In this document: one piece after another, positions 53,112 through 64,000 of the stretch
Numbering within the stretch: the first letter of the stretch is position 1
Layout of the letters: each line of letters begins with the position of its first letter
Origin: Eledone cirrhosa
Taxonomy: Eukaryota
DNA length: 64,000 bases
Direction of reading: 5' to 3'
NCBI GenBank assembly: GCA_964016885.1
Contig: OZ024745.1
Location: 58,404,001 to 58,468,000 of the forward strand
The notes under the pieces: generated by a model
Told to the model about the DNA's origin: nothing
Seen by the model: only the letters and a program-made list of their open reading frames with translations
The model's database searches: none
Translations under genes and position numbers: made by a program

Positions 53112-53214
53112 CTGAAGATATCACAGCTTTTTTAGAAGCAAAAAATGCTTTGTCATCTTTGCCTTCTGCTAAAAGTTTTATACTTTCTTCAATAGACGAT
53201 ACTGCCATTTTCAC
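53112..53214 (-). CDS. PIGS: GPI transamidase component PIG-S, third-to-last coding exon (VKMAVSSIEESIKLLAEGKDDKAFFASKKAVISS)
   Basis: Minus-strand ttctgcag|GTG...TCAG|gtattg, 103 nt (34 codons + 1). Resembles the PIG-S segment just before the AFFD motif and splices in frame to the next exon. Confidence 0.85.
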
Positions 53215-53423
53215 CTGCAGAAATCATTGTTGGATATAATAAAGACATCAAAAATAATTTCCACAGGAATTTTGATGGATATTTTTAAACAGATAGTTGT
53301 TCTACTTCATATCATACTTGAATAATAAAAAGATAAGTTAAGTGCAAGCAGTGTTTCAAATGCATAGTGTGTATATATATATATATATAATCTACACACA
53401 CAAATATACATACAAGTCCACAA

Positions 53424-53454
<31 letters not shown>

Positions 53455-53614
53455 ATCCATACGTACATATATATATGTGTGCATCTATGTATATATATAT
53501 ATATATACATACTACTGTACGTCTGTATACATATATGTATGTACGTGTACATACTTATATTTAAGTAACAGCCATACTAAAAGTGGGAAATGAAATTTTG
53601 TTTCATTTTTTTCC

Positions 53615-53673
<59 letters not shown>

Positions 53674-54041
53674 CATACATACACAAAGGTGGTGAAATGG
53701 CAGAGTTGTTAGAACATCGGATAGAATGCTTCGTTGTATTCATTTCGGATGAGTTCAAATTCTGCTACGGTTAGCTTTGCCTTTTATCCATTCGAGGTCA
53801 ATAAAAAAAGTACCAGTCTAATACTGGGGTTGATTCTTCCTCTATATCTCTTTCTGACTTCCATTCTCTCACTCTCTATCCTTCTCTGGGAAGAAATCTA
53901 CTGAATTCAGCCCTGGAATGGTGATGGGCTCTGCCAGGTCTTAAAAAATGTCCTATATATGCCAATGCAGAACCCCTATGTATATGTGTGTGTGTGTGTG
54001 TGTGTGCACACTTGTATACTTAGTCATATATATATATATAG

Positions 54042-54072
<31 letters not shown>

Positions 54073-55576
54073 TCAGAATGCCCTGGATTTTGGATATATA
54101 CATATATATAAGCTGTGGGTACAAATGAGAGAAAAAACAATTAACACAGAGTGTTAAAGTTAAATACCTGTATAAGTATTGTGGCATATCATTATTCCTA
54201 TCGCACCTGATGAGGTAGATGTGTGTATGTCTAATGAAACTATTGAAAATGCACAGATATGTAAAACTGTTACTACATGTATATCTCTCCTCTGATGAAG
54301 CTTAATGAATACATGCCTTACTGTGACCATGTTGTAAAAATATAATAAATCTAATGCAATATTCTATTTTTAAGATTTAGTTCTTATTTATAAACTATGA
54401 TCATCAGAAAGAGTTTTTATATGCATATCATCATCACTTTGACATCTATTTCTCATACTTGCATGGGTTGGACAGACTGTCACATTATGAGGTCAGACAA
54501 GTCAGGTGACCATGGTTTTGCTCATATGCTCTATTTGGGGCTTGGTCTTCTATGGCTGGATGCCCTTTCTAATGCTAACCACCTTACAGGGGTGATTGGA
54601 CATTCTCTTTGTCATGGCACCAGTACAGCTACCTTACAAGATGGACTGGATTCTTTTGTCAGGGCACCAACATAATTGTGTGTGCATGTGTGTGCATGTG
54701 TGTGTATGTATATGCATGCGTGTGTGCATAATAAGAATTTACCAGCATCATCATTATTCAATCAACACTCAATGAGAAACAGAAAGGATTCGGTTACATA
54801 TATAGCTAACTGCATAATGCAGATTTACAGCAATAGCACATGCAAGTGGATCAGATGGGGCTTCATCAACAGATATTATGCATACCCTTTAGCATTTGCA
54901 TTACTTTATATATTCTATTGTATTTTCGCAGTAAAGGCTTTATCTCACATAATTATCTCACAAAATATCAAATCTATAAGATTTTTATATTATTTATTTT
55001 GAGGACAATATCTTAACATAAGTATGAGCAGCCAGTTATGGCTGATTTGAACAGAAAGAGGGGAGCCCATCCTGGCCGGATATGGCTGGTTTAAATGCTA
55101 AAGGGTTAAGAGCTGTATGGTTTTTGCAAAGACTATGTGAATGACTGCTTCTGCTACATAATTTTAGCAGCTACTGTCATCATGTGGCTTCATAGTAGTA
55201 AACTACCAGCAAATTCTATACGATTTCCATAGCTTGAAAAGCTAAAAATAACTTCAAACTTCAGCACTTGACTAACTTAGAGGAGAGTAAAAATTAAGAC
55301 TGTGTGTAATAGGAATTCTTCTTTGTCATCATTGCTGGAGAGCAACACACATCGATAAATTTGGAGTGGCCTCATCAACATTATATGAAAACCTCTGACA
55401 ATATGTAAAAAATCAACCATCTGCTGGGAAATGACCATAAAAACCCTGGTCTTTTCAGGTGCAGAAAACAAGAATCAAGCTACCAACCCTTACCTATACC
55501 TGCCAGGTTCAGATCTTAAGGGCAGCCACTAAAAGTGTTGACATAATGAAGTTAGGTCCAGAAAGACTTTAGAGAT

Positions 55577-58500
55577 GGTGAAGGTGTGTAGGTGTGTGGT
55601 ACTGGTGAAGGTGTGTAGGTGTGTGGTACTGGTGAAGGTCTGTATCTGTGTGGTACTGGTGAAGGTGTGTAGGTGTGTGGTACTGGTGAAGGTGTGTAGG
55701 TGTGTGGTACTGGTGAAGGTGTGTAGATGTGTGGTATTGGTGAAGGTGTGTAGCTGTGTGGTACTGGTGAAGGTGTGTAGGTGTGTGGTACTGGTGAAGG
55801 TGTGTAGCTGTGTGGTACTGGTGAAGGTGTGTAGATGTGTGGTATTGGTGAAGGTGTGTAGCTGTGTGGTACTGGTGAAGGTGTGTAGGTGTGTGGTACT
55901 GGTGAAGGTGTGTAGGTGTGTGGTACTGGTGAAGATGTGTAGATGTGTGGTACTGGTGAAGGTGTGTAGGTGTGTGGTACTGGTGAAGGTGTGTATCTGT
56001 GTGGTACTGGTGAAGGTGTGTAGCTGTGTGGTACTGGTGAAGGTGTGTAGGTGTGTGGTACTGGTGAAGGTGTGTAGGTGTGTGGTACTGGTGAAGGTGT
56101 GTAGCTGTGTGGTACTGGTGAAGGTGTGTAGGTGTGTGGTACTGGTGAAGGTGTGTAGGTGTGTGGTACTGGTGAAGGTGTGTATCTGTGTGGTACTGGT
56201 GAAGGTGTGTAGCTGTGTGGTACTGGTGAAGGTGTGTAGGTGTGTGGTACTGGTGAAGGTGTGTAGGTGTGTGGTACTGGTGTAGGTGTGTGGTACTGGT
56301 GAAGGTGTGTAGGTGTGTGGTATTGGTGAAGGTGTGTATCTGTGTGGTACTGGTGAAGGTGAGTAGCTGTGTGGTACTGGTGTAGGTGTGTAGGTGTGGT
56401 ACTGGTGTAGGTGTGGTGTGTGGTACTGGTGAAGGTGTGTAGGTGTGTGGTACTGGTGAAGGTGTGTAGGTGTGTGGTACTGGTGAAGGTGTGTGGTACT
56501 GGTGTAGGTGTGTAGGTGTGTGGTACTGGTGTAGGTGTGGTGTGTGGTACTGGTGAAGGTGTGTAGGTGTGTGGTACTGGTGAAGGTGTGTAGGTGTGTG
56601 GTACTGGAGAAGGTGTGTAGGTGTGGTAGTGGTGAAGGTGTGTAGGTGTGTGGTACTGGTGAAGGTGTGTAGGTGTGTGGTACTGGTGAAGGTGTGTAGA
56701 TGTGTGGTACTGGTGAAGGTGTGTAGGTGTGTGGTACTGGTGTAGGTGTGGTGTGTGGTACTGGTGAAGGTGTGTAGGTGTGTGGTACTGGTGAAGGTGT
56801 GTAGGTGTGTGGTACTGGTGAAGGTGTGTAGGTGTGTGGTACTGGTGTAGGTGTGGTGTGTGGTACTGGTGAAGGTGTGTAGGTGTGTGGTACTGGTGAA
56901 GGTGTGTAGGTGTGTGGTACTGGAGAAGGTGTGTAGGTGTGTGGTACTGGTGAAGGTGTGTAGGTGTGTGGTACTGGTGTAGGTGTGTAGGTGTGTGGTA
57001 CTGGTGTAGGTGTGTGGTACTGGTGAAGGTGTGTGGTACTGGTGAAGGTGTGTAGCTGTGTGGTACTGGTGAAGGTGTGTAGCTGTGTGGTACTGGTGAA
57101 GGTGTGTAGGTGTGTGGTATTGGTGAAGGTGTGTAGGTGTGTGTTACTGGTGAAAGTGTGTAGGTGTGTGGTACGGGTGAAGGTGTGTAGGTGTGTGGTA
57201 CTGGTGAAGGTGTGTAGGTGTGTGGTATTGGTGAAGGTGTGTAGGTGTGTGTTACTGGTGAAGGTGTGTAGGTGTGTGGTACTGGTGAAGGTGTGTAGGT
57301 GTGTGGTACTGGTGAAGGTGTGTGGTACTGGTGTAGGTGTGGTGTGGTGTGTGGTACTGGTGAAGGCGTATAGGTGTGTGGTACTGGAGGTGTGTAGGTG
57401 TGTGATACTGGTGAAGGTGTGTGGTACTGGTGTAGGTGTGGTGTGGTGTGTGGTACTGGTGAAGGCGTATAGGTGTGTGGTACTGGTGAAGGTGTGTAGG
57501 TGTGTAGTACTGGAGAACGTGTGTAGGTGTGTGGTATTGGTGAAGGTGTGTAGATGTGTGGTACTGGTGAAGGTGTGAAGGTGTGGTACTGGTGAAAGTG
57601 TGTAGATGTGTGGTAATGGTGAAGGCGTGTAGGTGTGTGGTACTGGTGAAGGTGTGTAGGTGTGTGGTACTGGAGAAGGTGTGTAGGTGTGTGGTACTGG
57701 CGAAGGTGTGTAGCTGTGTGGTACTGGTGAAGGTGTGGTGTGGTACTGGTGAAAGTGTGTAGATGTGTGGTACTGGTGAAGGCTTCTAGGTGTGTGGTAC
57801 TGGTGAAGGTGTGTAGTGTGTGGTACTGGAGAAGGTGTGTAGGTGTGTGGTACTGGTGAAGGTGTGTGGTACTGGTGAAGGTGTGTAGGTGTGTGGTATT
57901 GGTGAAGGTGTGTAGGTGTGTGGTACTGGTGAAGGTGTGTAGATGTGTGGTACTGGTGAAGGTGTGTAGGTGTGTGGTACTGGTGAAGGTGTGTATCTGT
58001 GTGGTACTGGTGTAGGTGTGGAGTGTGGTACTGGTGAAGGTGTGTAGGTGTGTGGTACTGGTGAAGGTGTGTAGGTGTGTGGTACTGGTGAAGGTGTGTA
58101 GGTGTGTGGTACTGGTGTAGGTGTGGTGTGTGGTACTGGTGAAGGTGTGTAGGTGTGTGGTACTGGTGAAGGTGTGTAGGTGTGTGGTACTGGAGAAGGT
58201 GTGTAGGTGTGTGGTACTGGTGAAGGTGTGTAGGTGTGTGGTACTGGTGTAGGTGTGGTGTGTGGTACTGGTGAAGGTGTGTAGGTGTGTGGTACTGGTG
58301 AAGGTGTGTAGGTGTGTGGTACTGGTGTAGGTGTGGTGTGTGGTACTGGTGAAGGTGTGTAGGTGTGTGGTACTGGTGAAGGTGTGTAGGTGTGTGGTAC
58401 TGGAGAAGGTGTGTAGGTGTGTGGTACTGGTGTAGGTGTGTAGGTGTGTGGTACTGGTGTAGGTGTGTGGTACTGGTGAAGGTGTGTAGATGTGTGGTAC

Positions 58501-61500
58501 TGGTGAAGGTGTGTAGCTGTGTGGTACTGGTGAAGGTGTGTAGGTGTGTGGTACTGGTGAAGGTGTGTAGGTGTTTGGTACTGGTGAAGGTGTGTAGGTG
58601 TGTGGTACTGGTGAAGGTGTGTAGGTGTGTGGTACTGGTGAAGGTGTGTAGGTGTGTGGTACTGGTGAAGGTGTGTAGGTGTGTGGTACTGGTGTAGGTG
58701 TGGTGTGGTGTGTGGTACTGGTGAAGGCGTATAGGTGTGTGGTACTGGAGAAGGTGTGTAGGTGTGTGGTATTGGTGAAGGTGTGTAGGTGTGTGGTACT
58801 GGTGAAGGTGTGTAGGTGTGTGGTACTGGTGTAGGTGTGGTGTGTGGTACTGGTGAAGGCGTATAGGTGTGTGGTACTGGAGAAGGTGTGTAGGTGTGTG
58901 GTACTGGAGAAGGTGTGTAGGTGTGTGGTACTGGTGAAGGTGTGTAGGTGTGTAGTACTGGAGAAGGTGTGTAGGTGTGTGGTATTGGTGAAGGTGTGTA
59001 GGTGTGTGGTACTGGTGAAGGCGTATAGGTGTGTGGTACTGGTGAAGGTGTGTAGGTGTGTAGTACTGGAGAAGGTGTGTAGATGTGTGGTACTGGTGAA
59101 GGCGTATAGGTGTGTGGTACTGGTGAAGGTGTGTAGGTGTGTAGTACTGGTGAAGGTGTGTAGGTGTGTGGTACTGGTGAAGGCGTATAGGTGTGTGGTA
59201 TTGGTGAAGGTGTGTAGGTGTGTGGTACTGGCGAAGGTGTGTAGCTGTGTGGTACTGGTGAAGGTGTGTAGGTGTGTGGTACTGGTGAAGGTGTGTAGGT
59301 GTGTGGTACTGGTGAAGGTGTGTAGGTGTGTGGTACTGGTGAAGGTGTGTAGGTGTGTGGTACTGGAGAAGGTGTGTAGGTGTGTGGTACTGGAGAAGGT
59401 GTGTAGGTGTGTAGTACTGGTGAAGGTGTGTAGGTGTGTGGTACTGGAGAAGGTGTGTAGGTGTGTGGTACTGGAGAAGGTGTGTAGGTGTGTGGTACTG
59501 GTGAAGGTGTGTAGGTGTGTGGTACTGGAGAAGGTGTGTAGGTGTGTGGTACTGGTGAAGGTGTGTAGGTGTGTGGTACTGGTGAAGGTGTGTAGGTGTG
59601 TGGTACTGGGGAAGGTGTGTAGGTGTGTGGTACTGGTGAAGGTGTGTAGGTGTGTGGTACTGGTGAAGGTGTGTCGGTGTGTGGTACTGGTGAAGGTGTG
59701 TAGGTGTGTGGTACTGGAGAAGGTGTGTAGGTGTGTGGTACTGGAGAAGGTGTGTAAATGTGTGGTACTGGAGGTGTGTAGGTGTGTGGTACTGGTGAAG
59801 GTGTGTAGGTGTGTGGTACTGGGGAAGGTGTGTAGGTGTGTGGTACTGGTGAAGGTGTGTAGGTGTGTGGTACTGGTGAAGGTGTGTCGGTGTGTGGTAC
59901 TGGTGAAGGTGTGTAGGTGTGTGGTACTGGAGAAGGTGTGTAGGTGTGTGGTACTGGAGAAGGTGTGTAAATGTGTGGTACTGGTGAAGGTGTGTAGGTG
60001 TGTGGTACTGGTGAAGGTGTGTAGGTGTGTGGTACTGGTGAAGGTGTGTAGGTGTGTGGTACTGGTGAAGGTGTGTAGGTGTGTGTTAATGGTTGAGATG
60101 TGGAGGTGTGTGGTACTGGTGAAGGTGTGTAGGTGTGGTACTGGTGAAGGTGTGTAAGTGTGTGGTACTGGTGAAGGTGTGTAGATGTGTGGTACTGGTG
60201 AAGGTGTGTAGGTGTGTGGTACTGGTGAAGGTGTGTAGGTGTGTGGTATTGGTGAAGGTGTGTAGGTGTGTGGTATTGGTGTGTAGGTGTGTGGTACTGG
60301 TGAAGGTGTGTAGGTGTGTGGTACTGGAGGTGTGTAGGTGTGTGGTACTGGTGAAGGTGTGTAGGTGTGTGGTACTGGAGAAGGTGTGTAGGTGTGTGGT
60401 ACTGGTGTAGGTGTGGTGTGGTGTGTGGTACTGGTGAAGGCGTATAGGTGTGTGGTACTGGTGAAGGTGTGTAGGTGTGTAGTACTGGAGAAGGTGTGTA
60501 GGTGTGTGGTATTGGTGAAGGTGTGTAGATGTGTGGTACTGGTGAAGGTGTGAAGGTGTGGTACTGGTGAAAGTGTGTAGATGTGTGGTACTGGTGAAGG
60601 CGTGTAGGTGTGTGGTACTGGTGAAGGTGTGTAGGTGTGTGGTACTGGAGAAGGTGTGTAGGTGTGTGGTACTGGCGAAGGTGTGTAGCTGTGTGGTACT
60701 GGTGAAGGTGTGAAGGTGTGGTACTGGTGAAAGTGTGTAGATGTGTGGTACTGGTGAAGGCGTGTAGGTGTGTGGTACTGGTGAAGGTGTGTAGTGTGTG
60801 GTACTGGAGAAGGTGTGTAGGTGTGTGGTACTGGTGAAGGTGTGTGGTACTGGTGAAGGTGTGTAGGTGTGTGGTATTGGTGAAGGTGTGTAGGTGTGTG
60901 GTACTGGTGAAGGTGTGTAGATGTGTGGTACTGGTGAAGGTGTGTAGGTGTGTGGTACTGGTGAAGGTGTGTATCTGTGTGGTACTGGTGTAGGTGTGGT
61001 GTGTGGTACTGGTGAAGGTGTGTAGGTGTGTGGTACTGGTGAAGGTGTGTAGGTGTGTGGTACTGGTGAAGGTGTGTAGGTGTGTGGTACTGGTGTAGGT
61101 GTGGTGTGTGGTACTGGTGAAGGTGTGTAGGTGTGTGGTACTGGTGAAGGTGTGTAGGTGTGTGGTACTGGAGAAGGTGTGTAGGTGTGTGGTACTGGTG
61201 AAGGTGTGTAGGTGTGTGGTACTGGTGTAGGTGTGGTGTGTGGTACTGGTGAAGGTGTGTAGGTGTGTGGTACTGGTGAAGGTGTGTAGGTGTGTGGTAC
61301 TGGTGTAGGTGTGGTGTGTGGTACTGGTGAAGGTGTGTAGGTGTGTGGTACTGGTGAAGGTGTGTAGGTGTGTGGTACTGGAGAAGGTGTGTAGGTGTGT
61401 GGTACTGGTGTAGGTGTGTAGGTGTGTGGTACTGGTGTAGGTGTGTGGTACTGGTGAAGGTGTGTAGATGTGTGGTACTGGTGAAGGTGTGTAGCTGTGT

Positions 61501-64000
61501 GGTACTGGTGAAGGTGTGTAGGTGTGTGGTACTGGTGAAGGTGTGTAGGTGTTTGGTACTGGTGAAGGTGTGTAGGTGTGTGGTACTGGTGAAGGTGTGT
61601 AGGTGTGTGGTACTGGTGAAGGTGTGTAGGTGTGTGGTACTGGTGAAGGTGTGTAGGTGTGTGGTACTGGTGTAGGTGTGGTGTGGTGTGTGGTACTGGT
61701 GAAGGCGTATAGGTGTGTGGTACTGGAGAAGGTGTGTAGGTGTGTGGTATTGGTGAAGGTGTGTAGGTGTGTGGTACTGGTGAAGGTGTGTAGGTGTGTG
61801 GTACTGGTGTAGGTGTGGTGTGGTGTGTGGTACTGGTGAAGGCGTATAGGTGTGTGGTACTGGAGAAGGTGTGTAGGTGTGTGGTACTGGAGAAGATGTG
61901 TAGGTGTGTGGTACTGGTGAAGGTGTGTAGGTGTGTAGTACTGGAGAAGGTGTGTAGGTGTGTGGTATTGGTGAAGGTGTGTAGGTGTGTGGTACTGGTG
62001 AAGGCGTATAGGTGTGTGGTACTGGTGAAGGTGTGTAGGTGTGTAGTACTGGTGAAGGTGTGTAGGTGTGTGGTACTGGTGAAGGTGTGTAGGTGTGTGG
62101 TACTGGTGAAGGTGTGTAGGTGTGTGGTACTGGTGAAGGTGTGTAGGTGTGTGGTACTGGTGAAGGTGTGTAGGTGTGTGGTACTGGAGAAGGTGTGTAG
62201 GTGTGTGGTACTGGAGAAGGTGTGTAGGTGTGTAGTACTGGTGAAGGTGTGTAGGTGTGTGGTACTGGAGAAGGTGTGTAGGTGTGTGGTACTGGAGAAG
62301 GTGTGTAGGTGTGTGGTACTGGTGAAGGTGTGTAGGTGTGTGGTACTGGAGAAGGTGTGTAGGTGTGTGGTACTGGTGAAGATGTGTAGGTGTGTGGTAC
62401 TGGTGAAGGTGTGTAGGTGTGTGGTACTGGGGAAGGTGTGTAGGTGTGTGGTACTGGTGAAGGTGTGTAGGTGTGTGGTACTGGTGAAGGTGTGTAGGTG
62501 TGTGGTACTGGTGAAGGTGTGTAGGTGTGTGGTACTGGAGAAGGTGTGTAGGTGTGTGGTACTGGAGAAGGTGTGTAGGTGTGTAGTACTGGTGAAGGTG
62601 TGTAGGTGTGTGGTACTGGAGAAGGTGTGTAGGTGTGTGGTACTGGAGAAGGTGTGTAGGTGTGTGGTACTGGTGAAGGTGTGTAGGTGTGTGGTACTGG
62701 AGAAGGTGTGTAGGTGTGTGGTACTGGTGAAGGTGTGTAGGTGTGTGGTACTGGTGAAGGTGTGTAGGTGTGTGGTACTGGTGAAGGTGTGTAGGTGTGT
62801 GGTACTGGTGAAGGTGTGTAGGTGTGTGTTAATGGTTGAGATGTGGAGGTGTGTGGTACTGGTGAAGGTGTGTAGGTGTGGTACTGGTGAAGGTGTGTAA
62901 GTGTGTGGTACTGGTGAAGGTGTGTAGATGTGTGGTACTGGTGAAGGTGTGTAGGTGTGTGGTACTGGTGAAGGTGTGTAGGTGTGTGGTATTGGTGAAG
63001 GTGTGTAGGTGTGTGGTATTGGTGTGTAGGTGTGTGGTACTGGTGAAGGTGTGTAGGTGTGTGGTACTGGAGAAGGTGTGTAGGTGTGTGGTACTGGTGA
63101 AGGTGTGTAGGTGTGTGGTACTGGAGAAGGTGTGTAGGTGTGTGGTACTGGTGAAGGTGTGTAGGTGTGTGGTACTGGTGTAGGTGTGGTGTGTGGTACT
63201 GGTGAAGGTGTGTAGGTGTGTGGTACTGGTGAAGGTGTGTAGGTATGTGGTACTGGTGTAGGTGTGGTGTGTGGTACTGGTGAAGGTGTGTAGGTGTGTG
63301 GTACTGGTGAAGGTGTGTAGGTGTGTGGTACTGGAGAAGGTGTGTAGGTGTGTGGTACTGGTGTAGGTGTGTAGGTGTGTGGTACTGGTGTAGGTGTGTG
63401 GTACTGGTGAAGGTGTGTAGATGTGTGGTACTGGTGAAGGTGTGTAGCTGTGTGGTACTGGTGAAGGTGTGTAGGTGTGTGGTACTGGTGAAGGTGTGTA
63501 GGTGTGTGGTACTGGTGAAGGTGTGTAGGTGTGTGGTACTGGTGAAGGTGTGTAGGTGTGTGGTACTGGTGAAGGTGTGTAGGTGTGTGGTACTGGTGAA
63601 GGTGTGTAGGTGTGTGGTACTGGTGTAGGTGTGGTGTGGTGTGTGGTACTGGTGAAGGCGTATAGGTGTGTGGTACTGGAGAAGGTGTGTAGGTGTGTGG
63701 TATTGGTGAAGGTGTGTAGGTGTGTGGTACTGGTGTAGGTGTGGTGTGGTGTGTGGTACTGGTGAAGGCGTATAGGTGTGTGGTACTGGAGAAGGTGTGT
63801 AGGTGTGTGGTACTGGAGAAGGTGTGTAGGTGTGTGGTACTGGTGAAGGTGTGTAGGTGTGTAGTACTGGAGAAGGTGTGTAGGTGTGTGGTATTGGTGA
63901 AGGTGTGTAGGTGTGTGGTACTGGTGAAGGCGTATAGGTGTGTGGTACTGGTGAAGGTGTGTAGGTGTGTAGTACTGGAGAAGGTGTGTAGATGTGTGGT
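55577..64000. repeat. 27-bp GT-rich minisatellite/satellite array (GGTGAAGGTGTGTAGGTGTGTGGTACT)n, more than 8.4 kb, running past the window end
   Basis: Direct reading. The 9-aa periodicity of the spurious ORFs (VKVCRCVVL) equals 27 nt. Shorter deletion variants are interspersed. Confidence 0.97.

Noticed and set aside
53048-53239. Plus-strand 63-aa ORF
   Set aside because: It is the antisense shadow of the PIGS exon at 53112-53214.
55277-55471. Minus-strand ORF as a possible further PIGS exon
   Set aside because: It ends in a stop, shows no similarity to the expected upstream PIG-S sequence and has no convincing acceptor.
55575-63628. Long Cys/Val-rich ORFs (VKVCRCVVL)n up to 440 aa
   Set aside because: They are translations of the 27-bp satellite, with frequent frame-breaking unit deletions and no evidence of a gene structure.

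Overview
AT-rich, intron-dominated eukaryotic (animal) DNA packed with (TA)n/(CA)n microsatellites and SINEs. The repeat landscape resembles a coleoid cephalopod such as Octopus (inference). Two host genes converge. On the + strand are the last two detectable exons of a spondin-2/mindin-like gene (Spondin_N C-terminal part at 3021-3537, TSP1 exon at 32780-33057), joined by a phase-1 intron of about 29.2 kb. On the - strand are the last three exons of PIGS, a GPI transamidase subunit (53112-53214, 50272-50329, 48707-48833), which the ORF track does not show in the coding frame. Transposon debris includes Penelope-like elements (PLEs), RTE and R4/Dong-like LINEs, a Chapaev-like DNA transposon, Helitrons, MITEs and two tRNA-derived SINE families. 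A 27-bp satellite of more than 8.4 kb with higher-order structure fills the window end. The most striking unexplained structure is a dense set of short (about 150-450 bp), often fold-back inserts, mostly at (TA)n tracts. They come from several unrelated families and carry type-I hammerhead ribozyme motifs, including recurrent non-canonical cores (CAGAAGA; U-U at the base of stem II). One such hairpin sits about 90 nt from a PIGS splice acceptor.
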